A stretch of DNA of 64,000 bases from Candidatus Poribacteria bacterium (GTDB taxonomy: Bacteria > Poribacteria > WGA-4E > PCPOR2b), in contig OZ220744.1 of the NCBI GenBank assembly GCA_965116925.1, positions 4,640,001 to 4,704,000 of the forward strand, read 5' to 3'. A program made the translations under genes and the position numbers. Position 1 is the first letter of the stretch, and every line of letters starts with the position of its first letter. This document shows positions 10,401 through 20,363 of the stretch, one piece after another. The notes below the pieces were generated by a model. It was not told the origin of the DNA. It worked only from the letters and a program-made list of their open reading frames with translations, and searched no databases.

Positions 10401-11390
10401 TTTAATCATGATACGATCTTGTTAGGAGATGTGGAAATCCTAAAGGAAAAATTGAAGGCATCTAGGGTAGACTTTGTATTATCGGTGGAGGCAGGGCATG
10501 ATCTTATCCATATACCATTAAAGGTAATATCAGTTAATGGAATTGCAAGAGCCATAAACTCTATAGGCGACCTCTATGACGTACTACGTGATATGGGAGG
10601 ACGAGTTTATAGCGTTAGTACTTGGGACCCTATCACCTCTCAATGGGTTGGTTACTATGGAGACTCAGATAGAGGGACAGTTGCAGATAAGGTCTTAAAT
10701 GATGACACGGGAATTATGACAGATATGACAAATGCTGTTACAATTGGTCTGCAAGGTGACGCATTAGGCACAAACGGACGCAGCACTATAACATTACATC
10801 CAGGCCATAATTTAGTGGGTATACCCTTAAAAGACTCAAGGATAGGAAGGGTAAGTGACCTATTTTCTCTCAATGGAATTCGGAATAACGTTTATTCTAT
10901 AGACACTATAAGTGGCAATTGGAATCTTGAAACGATTAGCTTGCCTGGAAAGCTTAGTGATACTTTTGTTACAGGTGGGCAAGCCTTCATTTTGTCCGCT
11001 CACGAAGGGGCAACTATTACTATCTCTGGTGAGAAATGGAGTAATATATCAGGAACGAAAGCAGCTCCACCAATAGCAAGTATAGCCATGAGCCAAATAG
11101 AAACAGCATTGTTACCTAACTATCCGAACCCATTCAATCCAGAGACGTGGATTCCTTTCCGATTGGCAGAGGACGCAGATGTTACGTTGACTATCTATGA
11201 TGTGGGTGGACGCATGGTCCAAACACTTGATGCTGGACACAGCAAGGCAGGCATCTACGAAAGTAAAGACAAAGCAATCTATTGGGATGGAAAAAATGAC
11301 TTAGGCGAGAGCGTGGCAAGCGGTGTGTATTTCTACCATTTAATGGCAGGAGGGTATTCGGCAACTCGGCGGATGGTGATTCTGAAGTAG
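7467..11390 (+). CDS. Secreted zinc-metallopeptidase-domain + WD40-repeat protein with C-terminal FlgD/T9SS-like domain
   Basis: Signal peptide; HELGHAFGLQH; many FSPDG...KLWD repeats; LLPNYPNPFNPETWIP...WDGKN...ASGVYFY tail. Confidence 0.88.
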   Translation: MKTPFFRFVLCLIVVCFTCVANNRAAVAPMPSVEDFCGVTDSKHIDNRNYARSITANLNVGEPRMVRMIYFLPNDRPYREDVVQRMKDEILSIQAFYAETMQAHGYNMTFQIETDVHGKPVVHRVDGQHPDAYYIYDTINSIEMELGQIFNLNVNIYFIVVDNSINMIGRGENKVRAQGVGGRRGKNGGISLIPATLKPAGALVPGEFQYRTAAHELGHAFGLQHDYRHDTYIMSTKNQSSHEKTRLSQCNADFLAVHPYFNPDTPIESGPPPTIELTSPNTYAESARNIKIQLEVKDSEGIHQVILFVILEDSVFVSTNYLQVKACYKLTSKKESVVEFNYDGDIPSLNLTALAQFTTQTIHIAAVDINGDVQYKSFVLTQIPSQHPKHKKMINILGYNNPSGDHQKWGLPIDVRIRLGKGGVGQDSNAVAFSPDGQLLAVSSDIGIWLYDAITYKELALLSNPWKVSTIAFSPDGKTILSARSDSIGRDGWDINLWDVGTREKIAMFGESRGPISFSPDGNIVASVLRKEPIIWNVKTGQKLVTLPHKTDAFIKTPIVFSPDGTLLASGGKDNTVKLWDVETWQNINTFTHKHTDRTTIYSIAFSPDGKMIASGSGDFTIKLWDVIKGTEITEIHGRTRGLTFSPDGKTLAWSLGKQIKLWDIATRSDIITFEDPVFSIGPLVFSPDGKTLVYASSFWGVVRVLDIERGIAVDLGHTRLTTGAFSPDNTIYASGDKYGTIKLWDITTGQNIGNLPGQPRQSITVIEFSPDRKILASQSTGESMIRLWDIGTQTPMATIEGYKWATDFTFSPDGQTFVFSTIDRSIKLWDIETQTLIATLEGHINKISSVSYSLDGKVIASMATGGTIKLWDVTTMQNIMTFNRSAYDQVAREDFLVNGKTFASLGLDRALRLWDATIQSLFEASYVYSDEDFRIFSLDGKMALVDFHDTESLWDMTTQTLIAAIRGFSPDVKTFMQFNHDTILLGDVEILKEKLKASRVDFVLSVEAGHDLIHIPLKVISVNGIARAINSIGDLYDVLRDMGGRVYSVSTWDPITSQWVGYYGDSDRGTVADKVLNDDTGIMTDMTNAVTIGLQGDALGTNGRSTITLHPGHNLVGIPLKDSRIGRVSDLFSLNGIRNNVYSIDTISGNWNLETISLPGKLSDTFVTGGQAFILSAHEGATITISGEKWSNISGTKAAPPIASIAMSQIETALLPNYPNPFNPETWIPFRLAEDADVTLTIYDVGGRMVQTLDAGHSKAGIYESKDKAIYWDGKNDLGESVASGVYFYHLMAGGYSATRRMVILK

Positions 11391-11391
11391 G

Positions 11392-11580
11392 TTACTCCTC
11401 TTTGTTTGGTTTTCCTTGCATCAATATGTGATAGATGTTTCTTATGTCTTTTCTTAATTCCCTTATATCCTGTTTTAAGTCTTTCATATCATCTTTAGTT
11501 GGAAACCTGAATAAAAATATCATGATTGTAATGGCGAATCCGCCAATGATGATTAAGATTTCCAGTGTGTCTTTGTCCAT
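11392..11580 (-). CDS. Small single-TM coiled-coil protein (62 aa)
   Basis: Hydrophobic N-terminus, then MKDLKQDIRELRKDI heptads; GGAG RBS before ATG 11580. Confidence 0.55.
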   Translation of the reverse strand: MDKDTLEILIIIGGFAITIMIFLFRFPTKDDMKDLKQDIRELRKDIRNIYHILMQGKPNKEE

Positions 11581-11720
11581 GACGCTCCCCTTTGATTTTC
11601 TAAATGTTTCGGTAAAATACCACACATTTATAGGAAAGTCAAGCAAAAATCATCGAAGGGTGATTCTACCATTGAACTGTGCCGCCCATTAACAAATTAC
11701 AGACCGATAAGGAGGGGCCA

Positions 11721-12542
11721 ATGACCGCACAACCTGATTACGACCTTGATTTGAAACTTGCCGAGTTGAAGATTAACGGTTACGTTACCTTTGAAGACCT
11801 GATACCCGTTGAGACGATAGATCGGATACGTGCGGCGTTCCTGCCCCTTCTGGAAGAGGTGAAAACTCACAGTAATACGCAAGGCGAGGATGTCGAGGTA
11901 CGTGGGCACACCGATGATCGGCTTGTCGTAGAGGGGCGTCTACAGATTGTCAACCGTTACACGATGTACGTCCCTTGGGAGCAGCCCTTCGCTGATCCGC
12001 AGATTTTCGAGAATCCGGTGATGCTCGACTTTCTCGACCGGTACTGGGGCACCAGCGACTATCACATTACCTGCTACCATTCAAACAACCCGTACCCCGG
12101 CAGCGAGTACCAACGGTGGCATCGTGATGCGGGGATCTCCAAGCTCGTTCCCCATGTCGGCTTAGAGGTGTGTCCCCATTTTGGTATCAAGTTTCCACTG
12201 GTAGATACCTATGACGAAAATGGGAGTTTTGAAATCTTGCCTGCCACTCAGTACCTCGCTGACCCGGAGTTGGAGAACCGCTACGACGAAGTGCTGACAA
12301 CAGGCGATTTTCCTACAGCGCGCCGTCTCAACCTGAAGAAGGGAACGCTGTGGGTTCAGGATCCACGCACGCTCCACCGTGGCACGCCCAACCGTGCCGA
12401 CCACCCCAGACCAGAGTTGGTGATCTGCTATTCCCTCCCTTGGTTTGCGATGCGTAAACCGATTGAGATGACCCAGACGGAATATGATAAACTCTCTGAA
12501 CGGGGCAGGGAGATGCTCTCTCGGTGCGAGATAATTGGATAG
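11721..12542 (+). CDS. PhyH-family dioxygenase
   Basis: QRWHRD, NGSFEILPAT, HRGTPN; AGGAGG before ATG 11721. Confidence 0.88.
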   Translation: MTAQPDYDLDLKLAELKINGYVTFEDLIPVETIDRIRAAFLPLLEEVKTHSNTQGEDVEVRGHTDDRLVVEGRLQIVNRYTMYVPWEQPFADPQIFENPVMLDFLDRYWGTSDYHITCYHSNNPYPGSEYQRWHRDAGISKLVPHVGLEVCPHFGIKFPLVDTYDENGSFEILPATQYLADPELENRYDEVLTTGDFPTARRLNLKKGTLWVQDPRTLHRGTPNRADHPRPELVICYSLPWFAMRKPIEMTQTEYDKLSERGREMLSRCEIIG

Positions 12543-12548
12543 TGTTAC

Positions 12549-12681
12549 CATAGTAAATTTTAGAATTAACTAGACACTGTAGCGCAAACTGTTAGTTTGC
12601 GGTTTCGGATCACAATCTAACAGATCGTGGTACAAAAGACTATTTACCTTTAATGTCTCTTTATTTTTAGAATTTACTATA
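12549..12681. mobile_element. MITE-like repeat family B
   Basis: Inverted ends CATAGTAAATTTTAGAA / TTTAGAATTTACTATA. Confidence 0.6.
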
Positions 12682-12730
12682 AATCATGGAGGTTCACGTA
12701 ACCCCAATAACTTTTGAGGAGAAAACAAAA

Positions 12731-13570
12731 ATGAAAACGTTTTACAGTTTAACCCGATTAACTGTATCAATTATCGGTCTTGCCCTGATTGGTGGTTTGA
12801 TGATGGGTGATATTTATGCACATATAGGCGGCCATGCAAACATCGCGAAAGAACAACTGGAAAAATCACCGCGACACGGAGAATGGGTGAAAATCAACAC
12901 GGAAAGTGGGCGCGAGGTCAGTGCTTTTATCGTTTTCCCGGAGGTCAAGGAGAAGACGGCTTCGGTGATTGTTATTCATGAAATCTTTGGTCTAACGGAT
13001 TGGATAAGACAGGTCGGTGATGAACTTGCGAAGGCGGGTTTTGTCGCAATCTGTCCCGATTTCCTTTCTGGTATGGGACCAAACGGAGGTGGCACCGATA
13101 GTTTTGAGGGTAACAGTGTCCGACGGGCGATTCGGGACCTAGATCCGGACCAAATCACAACCGATCTCGAAGCGGTGACGAAATACGTCCGCGACCTGCC
13201 TTCGACGACAGATGTAGTCGCTGTGAGTGGATTTTGTTGGGGCGGTAGGCAATCGTTCCGCTTTGCCACCAACGACGATTCACTGAAAGCGGCTTTCGTT
13301 TTCTATGGCAGCCCCCCGGATGCAGCGGCATTGGGAAAGATTACGTGTCCTGTCTATGGCTTTTACGGTGAGAGTGACAACCGAATCAACTCGACCATTG
13401 AATCGACAAAAGCAGCTGCAGCGTCCGCCGGCATCACCTATGAGCCTGTAATCTATTCCGGTGTGGGGCACGGGTTCTTAAGACGAGGCATGGCCGCGGA
13501 GGCGAGTGAGGTTCAGAAAACTGTGACCCGTGAGGCGTGGGAGCGATGGGTGAATTTACTGAATAAATAG
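12731..13570 (+). CDS. Dienelactone hydrolase family protein, probably exported
   Basis: IHEIFGL, GFCWGG, GHGF; hydrophobic N-terminus; GAGGAG before ATG 12731. Confidence 0.9.
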   Translation: MKTFYSLTRLTVSIIGLALIGGLMMGDIYAHIGGHANIAKEQLEKSPRHGEWVKINTESGREVSAFIVFPEVKEKTASVIVIHEIFGLTDWIRQVGDELAKAGFVAICPDFLSGMGPNGGGTDSFEGNSVRRAIRDLDPDQITTDLEAVTKYVRDLPSTTDVVAVSGFCWGGRQSFRFATNDDSLKAAFVFYGSPPDAAALGKITCPVYGFYGESDNRINSTIESTKAAAASAGITYEPVIYSGVGHGFLRRGMAAEASEVQKTVTREAWERWVNLLNK

Positions 13571-13586
13571 TAGAACAGATGCGAAG

Positions 13587-13620
13587 AGAAACCGAGTTTT
13601 TTCTTGAAAACTCGGTTTCT
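13587..13620. repeat. Palindromic repeat copy 2
   Basis: Identical to 4742-4775; also followed by TGCACCATTYCTTAACATGAGCC. Confidence 0.85.
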
Positions 13621-13672
13621 TTGCACCATTCCTTAACATGAGCCACAAACTTAACATAGGAGAGATTTTCAA

Positions 13673-15013
13673 ATGAAAAGGACAATAACCATCTTTATCT
13701 GTTTTTGCGTAATTTCGGCTTTTTTGTGGGGGACAAACGCGCTCCCAGACTTTGAGAAATATTGGCACCAATGGCGGGGGCCGTACGCTTCCGGCGTTGC
13801 GCCGCACGGCGATCCACCCATCGAATGGAACGAAAACAAAAACATCCGATGGAAAACTGAGATTCCGGGGCAAGGACACGCCACCCCAATCGTGTGGGAC
13901 GATACCGTTTTTGTCACAAGTGCTGTCAAGACGGACAAACAGATAGAACTAGCACCACTAGAGGAGCCGCAACGGCGCAGGGGCCGTCGAGGCCGCTCCG
14001 CAGCTCCATCGTCTGTCCACCAGTTTGTTATTTTCGCTATCAACCGTTCTGACGGGAGCATCCGTTGGCAGCGGACCGCCCGTGAAGAAGTACCGCATGA
14101 AGGAACACATCAGACCGGCAGCTGGGCGGCAAATTCCTCTGTCACGGATGGGGAGCATGTTTACGCCTACTTTGGCTCTCGCGGTCTTTACTGTTACGAC
14201 ATGGAGGGAAACCTCCAGTGGGAGAAAGACTTGGGAGATATGAGCACCAGACGCAGTTTCGGTGAAGGCAGCTCACCTGCACTCTATGGCGATGCCATCA
14301 TTATCAACTGGGATCACGAAGGGGACTCGTTTATTGTCGCATTGGATAAACGGACAGGTGAAGAACTGTGGAAAGTTGACCGCGATGAGATGACGTCGTG
14401 GGCAACACCCATCGTCGTTGAACACAACGGCAATCATCAAGTCATTATCAATGCAACGCAACGCACTCGTAGCTACGATCTAGCGACAGGGGAAGTGCTT
14501 TGGGAATGCGGCGGTATGACAGCCAATACAATTCCATCGCCCGTGACAGCGAACGGTATTGTCTACGTCACTAGCGGCTTTCGCGGCAATGCCCTACAAG
14601 CGATTCGCCTCGACGATGCAAAGGGAGACATCACCCGTGGGGAGGCGATTGTCTGGGATTATGGTAGGGATACCCCTTATGTACCCTCCCCGCTGCTCTA
14701 TGACGATACACTCTATTTCCTGAAACATAACAGAGGAATGCTCTCCGCCTTTAATGCTAGCACAGGGGAGGCGTACTACGGACCAGAGCGTCTGGAAGGC
14801 ATCTCGGATGTCTATGCGTCGCCGGTGGGAGCGAGCGGTCGTATCTATATCGCGGATAGAGATGGTGTCACGCTGGTAATCAAACACGGTTCCACGCTTG
14901 AAGTCCTCGCTGAAAATGTCCTCAATGATGGTTTCAATGCCTCACCTGTAATCGTAGGCAAGGAGATATTCCTACGTGGGAACAGATCTCTTTACTGCAT
15001 TGCGTCGGATTAA
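13673..15013 (+). CDS. PQQ-like beta-propeller (BamB-like) exported protein
   Basis: Signal peptide, WHQWRGP, ALDKRTGEELWK, YVPSPL repeats. Confidence 0.88.
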   Translation: MKRTITIFICFCVISAFLWGTNALPDFEKYWHQWRGPYASGVAPHGDPPIEWNENKNIRWKTEIPGQGHATPIVWDDTVFVTSAVKTDKQIELAPLEEPQRRRGRRGRSAAPSSVHQFVIFAINRSDGSIRWQRTAREEVPHEGTHQTGSWAANSSVTDGEHVYAYFGSRGLYCYDMEGNLQWEKDLGDMSTRRSFGEGSSPALYGDAIIINWDHEGDSFIVALDKRTGEELWKVDRDEMTSWATPIVVEHNGNHQVIINATQRTRSYDLATGEVLWECGGMTANTIPSPVTANGIVYVTSGFRGNALQAIRLDDAKGDITRGEAIVWDYGRDTPYVPSPLLYDDTLYFLKHNRGMLSAFNASTGEAYYGPERLEGISDVYASPVGASGRIYIADRDGVTLVIKHGSTLEVLAENVLNDGFNASPVIVGKEIFLRGNRSLYCIASD

Positions 15014-15021
15014 TTTAGGGG

Positions 15022-15993
15022 GTGTTGATGCAGATGAGTAAGATTGTGGAGCGAATTGAACGTGAAGCCGGCGTGCCCGGCCTCGTATCGATTCTTGCCG
15101 AGCACCTTGACCCAACGGACAGGCAATCCCTCCTTCTTGAGGTCTATCGTCGAAGTAGCAGTCGACGGCGACCATCTACAGTGCTGTCGGATTACGAGAC
15201 TAACCGCTTCGTCCGGCCTTCAGCCCTATCTCCAATACGTCTACACGAATGGGAGCAAGTCGCTTTCTCGGTACTGCCTCCTGAGTTCCAAGCCATTGAA
15301 TTATCACCGGTCTGTCCGCTTGGCACGAATTCTGTGGTAGCCTCGGTTGACCAGAACTGGGCGGTTTCCACCGCTCGCAACACCGAGGTGGTCTCGGATT
15401 CGACAAACGTGCTCGCGCTCGAATGCGCACTCCAACGCCGACAGCTGCTGCGTACCAACCCGAAATCCACAGATTCAGTTCATCTTGCAGCCAGTCACCG
15501 GCTCCTCCGGGCACAGCAATATGAAAACCCTAATCTAGTCTCTCACTTCAGCGCATTCGCCTTGTGCAGTGCAGGACGAGACCGAGGAAACCTACAGTTT
15601 GAGTTAGCTGCACTGGGGCTTCACCTTCGCTTCTGTTTACGGTCGTTACGAGCCTTTCTTCGTCCAGCTATTCCACTACGTCTGTCCGTAACAGATCTCA
15701 GCTCGAATGCCCGTCAATCGGTCCTCGATACTCAACTCCTTTCACCGATTCGAGCGGAGTTTAAAGGCGTAGATTGCGTTTTTGACAGCGAGCGAATTCG
15801 CGGCCGGGACTACTATCGTGACTTGTGCTTTCACATTTACGCCACTACCCCTTCCGGACAGCAACTCCAGCTCGTTGATGGAGGCTCCGTAAACTGGACA
15901 CAACAACTTCTTTCAAACGCCAAGGAGCGTCTCGTAATCAGCGGAATCGGAAGCGAGAGACTGTGCACTAAGTTTGGAAACAACACTGAGTAA
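15022..15993 (+). CDS. Hypothetical protein with class II aaRS catalytic-domain-like motifs
   Basis: HRLLRAQ...HF (motif-2-like) and C-terminal DGG...SGIGSERL (motif-3-like). Confidence 0.55.
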   Translation: MLMQMSKIVERIEREAGVPGLVSILAEHLDPTDRQSLLLEVYRRSSSRRRPSTVLSDYETNRFVRPSALSPIRLHEWEQVAFSVLPPEFQAIELSPVCPLGTNSVVASVDQNWAVSTARNTEVVSDSTNVLALECALQRRQLLRTNPKSTDSVHLAASHRLLRAQQYENPNLVSHFSAFALCSAGRDRGNLQFELAALGLHLRFCLRSLRAFLRPAIPLRLSVTDLSSNARQSVLDTQLLSPIRAEFKGVDCVFDSERIRGRDYYRDLCFHIYATTPSGQQLQLVDGGSVNWTQQLLSNAKERLVISGIGSERLCTKFGNNTE

Positions 15994-16016
15994 ATCACGT
16001 TTTGAGGGAGTCATTT

Positions 16017-16820
16017 ATGGATTTCGCCAAAGAGTATGGGGAGTATAAGTTCATCGCAGATCTTTACGACTATGTTGTGCCTTACCGTAATCGACCGGAT
16101 GTGGCTTTCTTCGTGGAAACCGCTAAAGAGTCAGGAGGGCCGGTGTTGGAGGTGGGTTGTGGAACAGGTCGTGTCTTAATCCCTACAGCACGGGCAGGAA
16201 TCGAAATAGTCGGCCTCGACTTATCGTCACACATGCTGAACGTGTGTCGGAATCTCCTGATGAAAGAGCCAAGAGATGTTCAATCCAAAATTCAATTGGT
16301 AGAGGCAGACATGCGCCATTTTTCGCTGGGACAATCCTTTATGTTGATAACAATGCCTTTTCGACCGTTTCAGCATTTGACAACGGTTGATGACCAGCTA
16401 TCATGCCTACAATGCATTTACCGTCACTTGGCGAAACAGGGTCGGTTAATCCTTGATATCTTCAACCCTTCTCTCGAATCATTGACCAGGGAAAATGTTG
16501 GGCAAGAATGGGGCGACGAACCGGAATTCACGACTTCTGATGGTCGACGGGTTGTCCGTCGCCACAAGATTGTATCTCAAGATCGCTTTAATCAAATTGA
16601 ATATGTTGAAATGGTCTATTATGTTACTCATCCCGATGGTCAACAAGAGAGACTTGTCCATTCATTTCCGATGCGATACCTCTTCAGATTTGAGGCAGAG
16701 CATCTGCTGACGCGATGTGGGTTTGAGATTGAGCAAGTATATGCAGACTTTGATAAGGGTCCATATGGGTCAAAGTATCCGGGGGAGTTGATATTCGTGG
16801 CGAGGAAGATAGATATCTAG
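16017..16820 (+). CDS. Class I SAM-dependent methyltransferase
   Basis: VLEVGCGTGR, GLDLS, ADMR. Confidence 0.9.
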   Translation: MDFAKEYGEYKFIADLYDYVVPYRNRPDVAFFVETAKESGGPVLEVGCGTGRVLIPTARAGIEIVGLDLSSHMLNVCRNLLMKEPRDVQSKIQLVEADMRHFSLGQSFMLITMPFRPFQHLTTVDDQLSCLQCIYRHLAKQGRLILDIFNPSLESLTRENVGQEWGDEPEFTTSDGRRVVRRHKIVSQDRFNQIEYVEMVYYVTHPDGQQERLVHSFPMRYLFRFEAEHLLTRCGFEIEQVYADFDKGPYGSKYPGELIFVARKIDI

Positions 16821-17361
16821 TAACAGGAACTAGATGATTCTTGCCTACTTTCCCCGACAATTTACTGGCGAGCAGCCGCCTAGAGGAGATAACTACCAGT
16901 TAGTACCACTTGTGGTTAGAAACACGACTATTCCAGTCGCATCTGGAACTCCAAATGGTATCAGCTCAGGAGAACTTATTGACATACTCCGCAAACCTAA
17001 AGGATTGGGATTCTTACGAATCCCCCCCGATAGGAGAGCTAATTGTGGTATCAACACAGAAAGCGAGGCGAACCCCGTCTTATTTCTGCTACTCCAATGG
17101 ACAATGCCCTGCCCACTGCCCCGAAGGGCAACTTTGGCGAGGCTATTGGGTATCCCGATACCCGTCGGCATCATGCAAACTATGGTGGATTTGACCCCAA
17201 CTCATAGAATATGGAATACCCAACCTCTAAAGAAAGGTATACCATATTTCACTTGCAAAGTAAACCGAAAAAGACTGCTAAAGCATGTGTGTATAGGCTT
17301 CGCCCCAACCGCTCCAAGCATAAATGCTTGGGTTTTACACCTAAAGGAGTTTTTGATAAAA

Positions 17362-18972
17362 ATGTTTGATGATTATCATCCCAATAGATTTGGGCCAGGG
17401 CGATCCGCTGTTATGTGCAAACACGGTGCGGTCGCCACAAGTCAACCCCTTGCTGCACAAGCCGGATTACAGATCTTGCGCGATGGTGGGAATGCGATTG
17501 ATGCCGCCGTTGCCACGGCTGCCATGCTCAACGTTGTTGAACCGATGTCTACAGGGATTGGTGGAGATGTCTTTGCGTTGGTGTATCAGCCGCAAGATGG
17601 TGTTATCCGTGGATTGAACGGAAGTGGACGTGCACCGTACGCCGCAGAACTCGAATTCTTTACGAAGCAGGAGTTGACTAGCATCCCCAGCACAGGAAGC
17701 CTGTATCCGGTGACTCTTCCCGGCACGGTTGATGGATGGGCGACAATTCTTGAAGCGTGTGGCACAATGACGTTAGGCGATGTCCTCCAGCCTGCTATCG
17801 AACATGCAGAGAACGGGTTTCCGGTTAGTCCACAGATTAGTCTAGCGTGGCAAGAAGCCGTTGGACTGCTTTCGAGCACACCTGATGCCGCTAAAACCTA
17901 TCTGACTAACGGGCGTGCCCCTCAGCCGGGGGAGGTGTTCTACCAACCCAATTTCGCAAATACCCTGCGTCTGATTGCTGAAGGGGGGCGAGAGGCGTTT
18001 TATCACGGTGAGATCGCGAAAAAAATCGTACAATTCTCCGACGAGAACGGCGGCTTATTCACGATGCAGGATTTCGCTGACCACACCTCGAATTGGGTGG
18101 AACCGATTTCGACCAACTATCGTGGCTACGATGTTTACGAAATTCCGCCCAATGGACAGGGGATTGCTGCGCTGATCGCCTTGAACATCGCGGAAGGTTT
18201 TGACCTCCAGTCGATGGGGCATAACAGCGAAGCCTCCTTGCACTGCTTAATTGAGGCGATGAAGCTGGGGTTTGCCGATCTGGACCGATACATCACAGAT
18301 CCGGAGGTTGAGGACGTTCCCGTCGCAGGTTTGCTCTCCGATGAATACACCGACAGCCAGAGGGCGCGGATTAATCTCGATCGTGCTAACACAGATCCGA
18401 TCGCGGGCGCACCGCCGATGGGCAGTGATACTGTCTATCTCTGCACCGTTGACAAGGATCGCAATGTTGTCTCATTTATCAATAGCCTCTTTGCGGGTTT
18501 CGGTTCGGGCATAGTAGCGGGGGATACAGGGATTATGTTGCAGAATCGAGGGGCAGGGTTCTCGCTCAACCCGAACCATGTCAACCGGATTGCGCCGCAT
18601 AAACGGACGATGCACACAATTATCCCCGGTATGATTGCCCAAAACGGCGTTCCCCTTGTAACCTTCGGCGTGATGGGTGGACAGATGCAGCCGCAGGGAC
18701 ATCTACAATTGGTGTCCAACCTCGTTGATTTCAATATGGATGTGCAATCCGCGCTCGATGCCCCGCGCTTCCGCGTTTTGGACGGATCAACTGTCACTAT
18801 CGAAGAGGGTGTACCGATGAACGTTCTATCGGGATTGGCGCGAAAGGGACATCAGTTGCTACCACCATATACCTTCTTCGGCGGTGGACAAGCGATCTTT
18901 ATTCATCCGGAGTACAATACACTGATCGCAGGTTCCGAGCCACGCCGCGATGGTTGTGCCGTGGGGTACTAG
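17362..18972 (+). CDS. ggt: Gamma-glutamyltransferase
   Basis: GGNAIDAAVA, SDTVY (Thr nucleophile), LQNRG, GVMGGQMQPQGH, PRRDG; start reset to ATG 17362 after AAGGAG. Confidence 0.92.
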   Translation: MFDDYHPNRFGPGRSAVMCKHGAVATSQPLAAQAGLQILRDGGNAIDAAVATAAMLNVVEPMSTGIGGDVFALVYQPQDGVIRGLNGSGRAPYAAELEFFTKQELTSIPSTGSLYPVTLPGTVDGWATILEACGTMTLGDVLQPAIEHAENGFPVSPQISLAWQEAVGLLSSTPDAAKTYLTNGRAPQPGEVFYQPNFANTLRLIAEGGREAFYHGEIAKKIVQFSDENGGLFTMQDFADHTSNWVEPISTNYRGYDVYEIPPNGQGIAALIALNIAEGFDLQSMGHNSEASLHCLIEAMKLGFADLDRYITDPEVEDVPVAGLLSDEYTDSQRARINLDRANTDPIAGAPPMGSDTVYLCTVDKDRNVVSFINSLFAGFGSGIVAGDTGIMLQNRGAGFSLNPNHVNRIAPHKRTMHTIIPGMIAQNGVPLVTFGVMGGQMQPQGHLQLVSNLVDFNMDVQSALDAPRFRVLDGSTVTIEEGVPMNVLSGLARKGHQLLPPYTFFGGGQAIFIHPEYNTLIAGSEPRRDGCAVGY

Positions 18973-18975
18973 GTA

Positions 18976-20268
18976 TCAAGCGGCGGCATGGATGTTTGCC
19001 CGTGTTCCCTCAACATCGAAACAACCGTACTGATTATCCCGCATGATCCGTGTTGCGATCTGCATCGCCTGTGCTTCCGTCATGTAACCGTCCGCTATCT
19101 CTCCTTCAAGGGCACGACGGATCTCATTACGCGCCTGCATCGCATACGCCATCGCGCTTGTGGGCCAATGGGTGTCTCCGCCAAACGCAAACAGCTTGTT
19201 TGATGGGACAGCGTGCAGGCACCGACGTAAAAAGTCGCGGGAGCTGTATGGATCGATGCTCCACGCCCAACAGAGATCCACCCAGATGTTACGATAGTGT
19301 TTTGCGAGTGCGACCAGCTCATCAGTGTAGGGATAGGAGATGTGCATCAGGACAAACTTGGCGTCGAGGTAACGCGCAAAGAGATCGCACATGTTTCCGG
19401 CAGGAATTCGACTGATAGGCATTCGATCGTTTCCCGCGTAGTAGCCGGTGTGAATCTTGAACGGCAGGTTGTGTTCAATTGACTGCTCAACACCGCGCGC
19501 CCAGCACCAATCTCCCAGACAGAGCCGCGTTTCGACACTGATTTCCTCTTCAGGTTGAGTTAGCACCTTTCGGAGGGCGGCGGACGCTTCAACGTCGTTC
19601 CGTTCGATCCAGTTGAGGGTTCGACTGTAGGCGTGTTGTGCCTTCACCGCAATGGCGGTGGGAGCGTGTTTTGCAAAGATTGCCTCTATCCCCTGTCTCA
19701 GTGTTCTGAGATCCACCACCTCAATCCCTGTTTCGGCGTGGATCTGTTCTCGCTCGATTTCGCCATTGCAGAAGCTACGCCACGATAGGTCATAGAGGAA
19801 GAAGTCGAGTCCAGAACTATCCGGGGCACACAGCCATATCTTATCATCCGTCTGGGTGTGATCGAGGTTAGCGACATCGTGCAGCAATCGGAAACGTTCA
19901 CCGGGGCGTCGCAGCATCTTAATCTTCTCTTGCGCCGATGCTATATTTGCTCCAGTGAGTTCATCAATCCCGTAGGCGTGTTCGGCGATGAGTCTTACCG
20001 CTTCGCCATATCCTGTGAACTGTGTCGCCTCCCACGCCTCTCGGATGCCCTCAAAGCGTCCAGCGATATCCGGGTCCGAACCATCCATCAGGCGTTTCAT
20101 CGCGTCGGGCGATGCACCCGCTGTGTTGAGGTCTGCGGGGACGTAATTTCCAAACAGGTCTTGTAAGATGTCTGGACCGTCCTCTAACCACACATGTTCT
20201 CGATCCAAATGTTCATGTGTGTCAACTAAAGGTGTAGCCTGAATATGATGTGCCAAATCGGTTGACAT
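18976..20268 (-). CDS. Amidohydrolase-superfamily protein
   Basis: DTHEH, KIHTG, LMH, FGGD metal ligands. Confidence 0.85.
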   Translation of the reverse strand: MSTDLAHHIQATPLVDTHEHLDREHVWLEDGPDILQDLFGNYVPADLNTAGASPDAMKRLMDGSDPDIAGRFEGIREAWEATQFTGYGEAVRLIAEHAYGIDELTGANIASAQEKIKMLRRPGERFRLLHDVANLDHTQTDDKIWLCAPDSSGLDFFLYDLSWRSFCNGEIEREQIHAETGIEVVDLRTLRQGIEAIFAKHAPTAIAVKAQHAYSRTLNWIERNDVEASAALRKVLTQPEEEISVETRLCLGDWCWARGVEQSIEHNLPFKIHTGYYAGNDRMPISRIPAGNMCDLFARYLDAKFVLMHISYPYTDELVALAKHYRNIWVDLCWAWSIDPYSSRDFLRRCLHAVPSNKLFAFGGDTHWPTSAMAYAMQARNEIRRALEGEIADGYMTEAQAMQIATRIMRDNQYGCFDVEGTRANIHAAA

Positions 20269-20363
20269 ATTTTCCTTCCTTGTGTAGGCTATGCTACAAT
20301 ACGTTATACCATCTGTAATTCTGTCAGAAATATAGACAGCGGAACTTCCTTTCGGAGGCGTCC

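Noticed and set aside
16834..17361. 176-aa N-terminal extension of the GGT ORF
   Set aside because: GGT homology and an AAGGAG RBS begin at 17362; the upstream frame has no recognisable motif and may be spurious or a decayed gene
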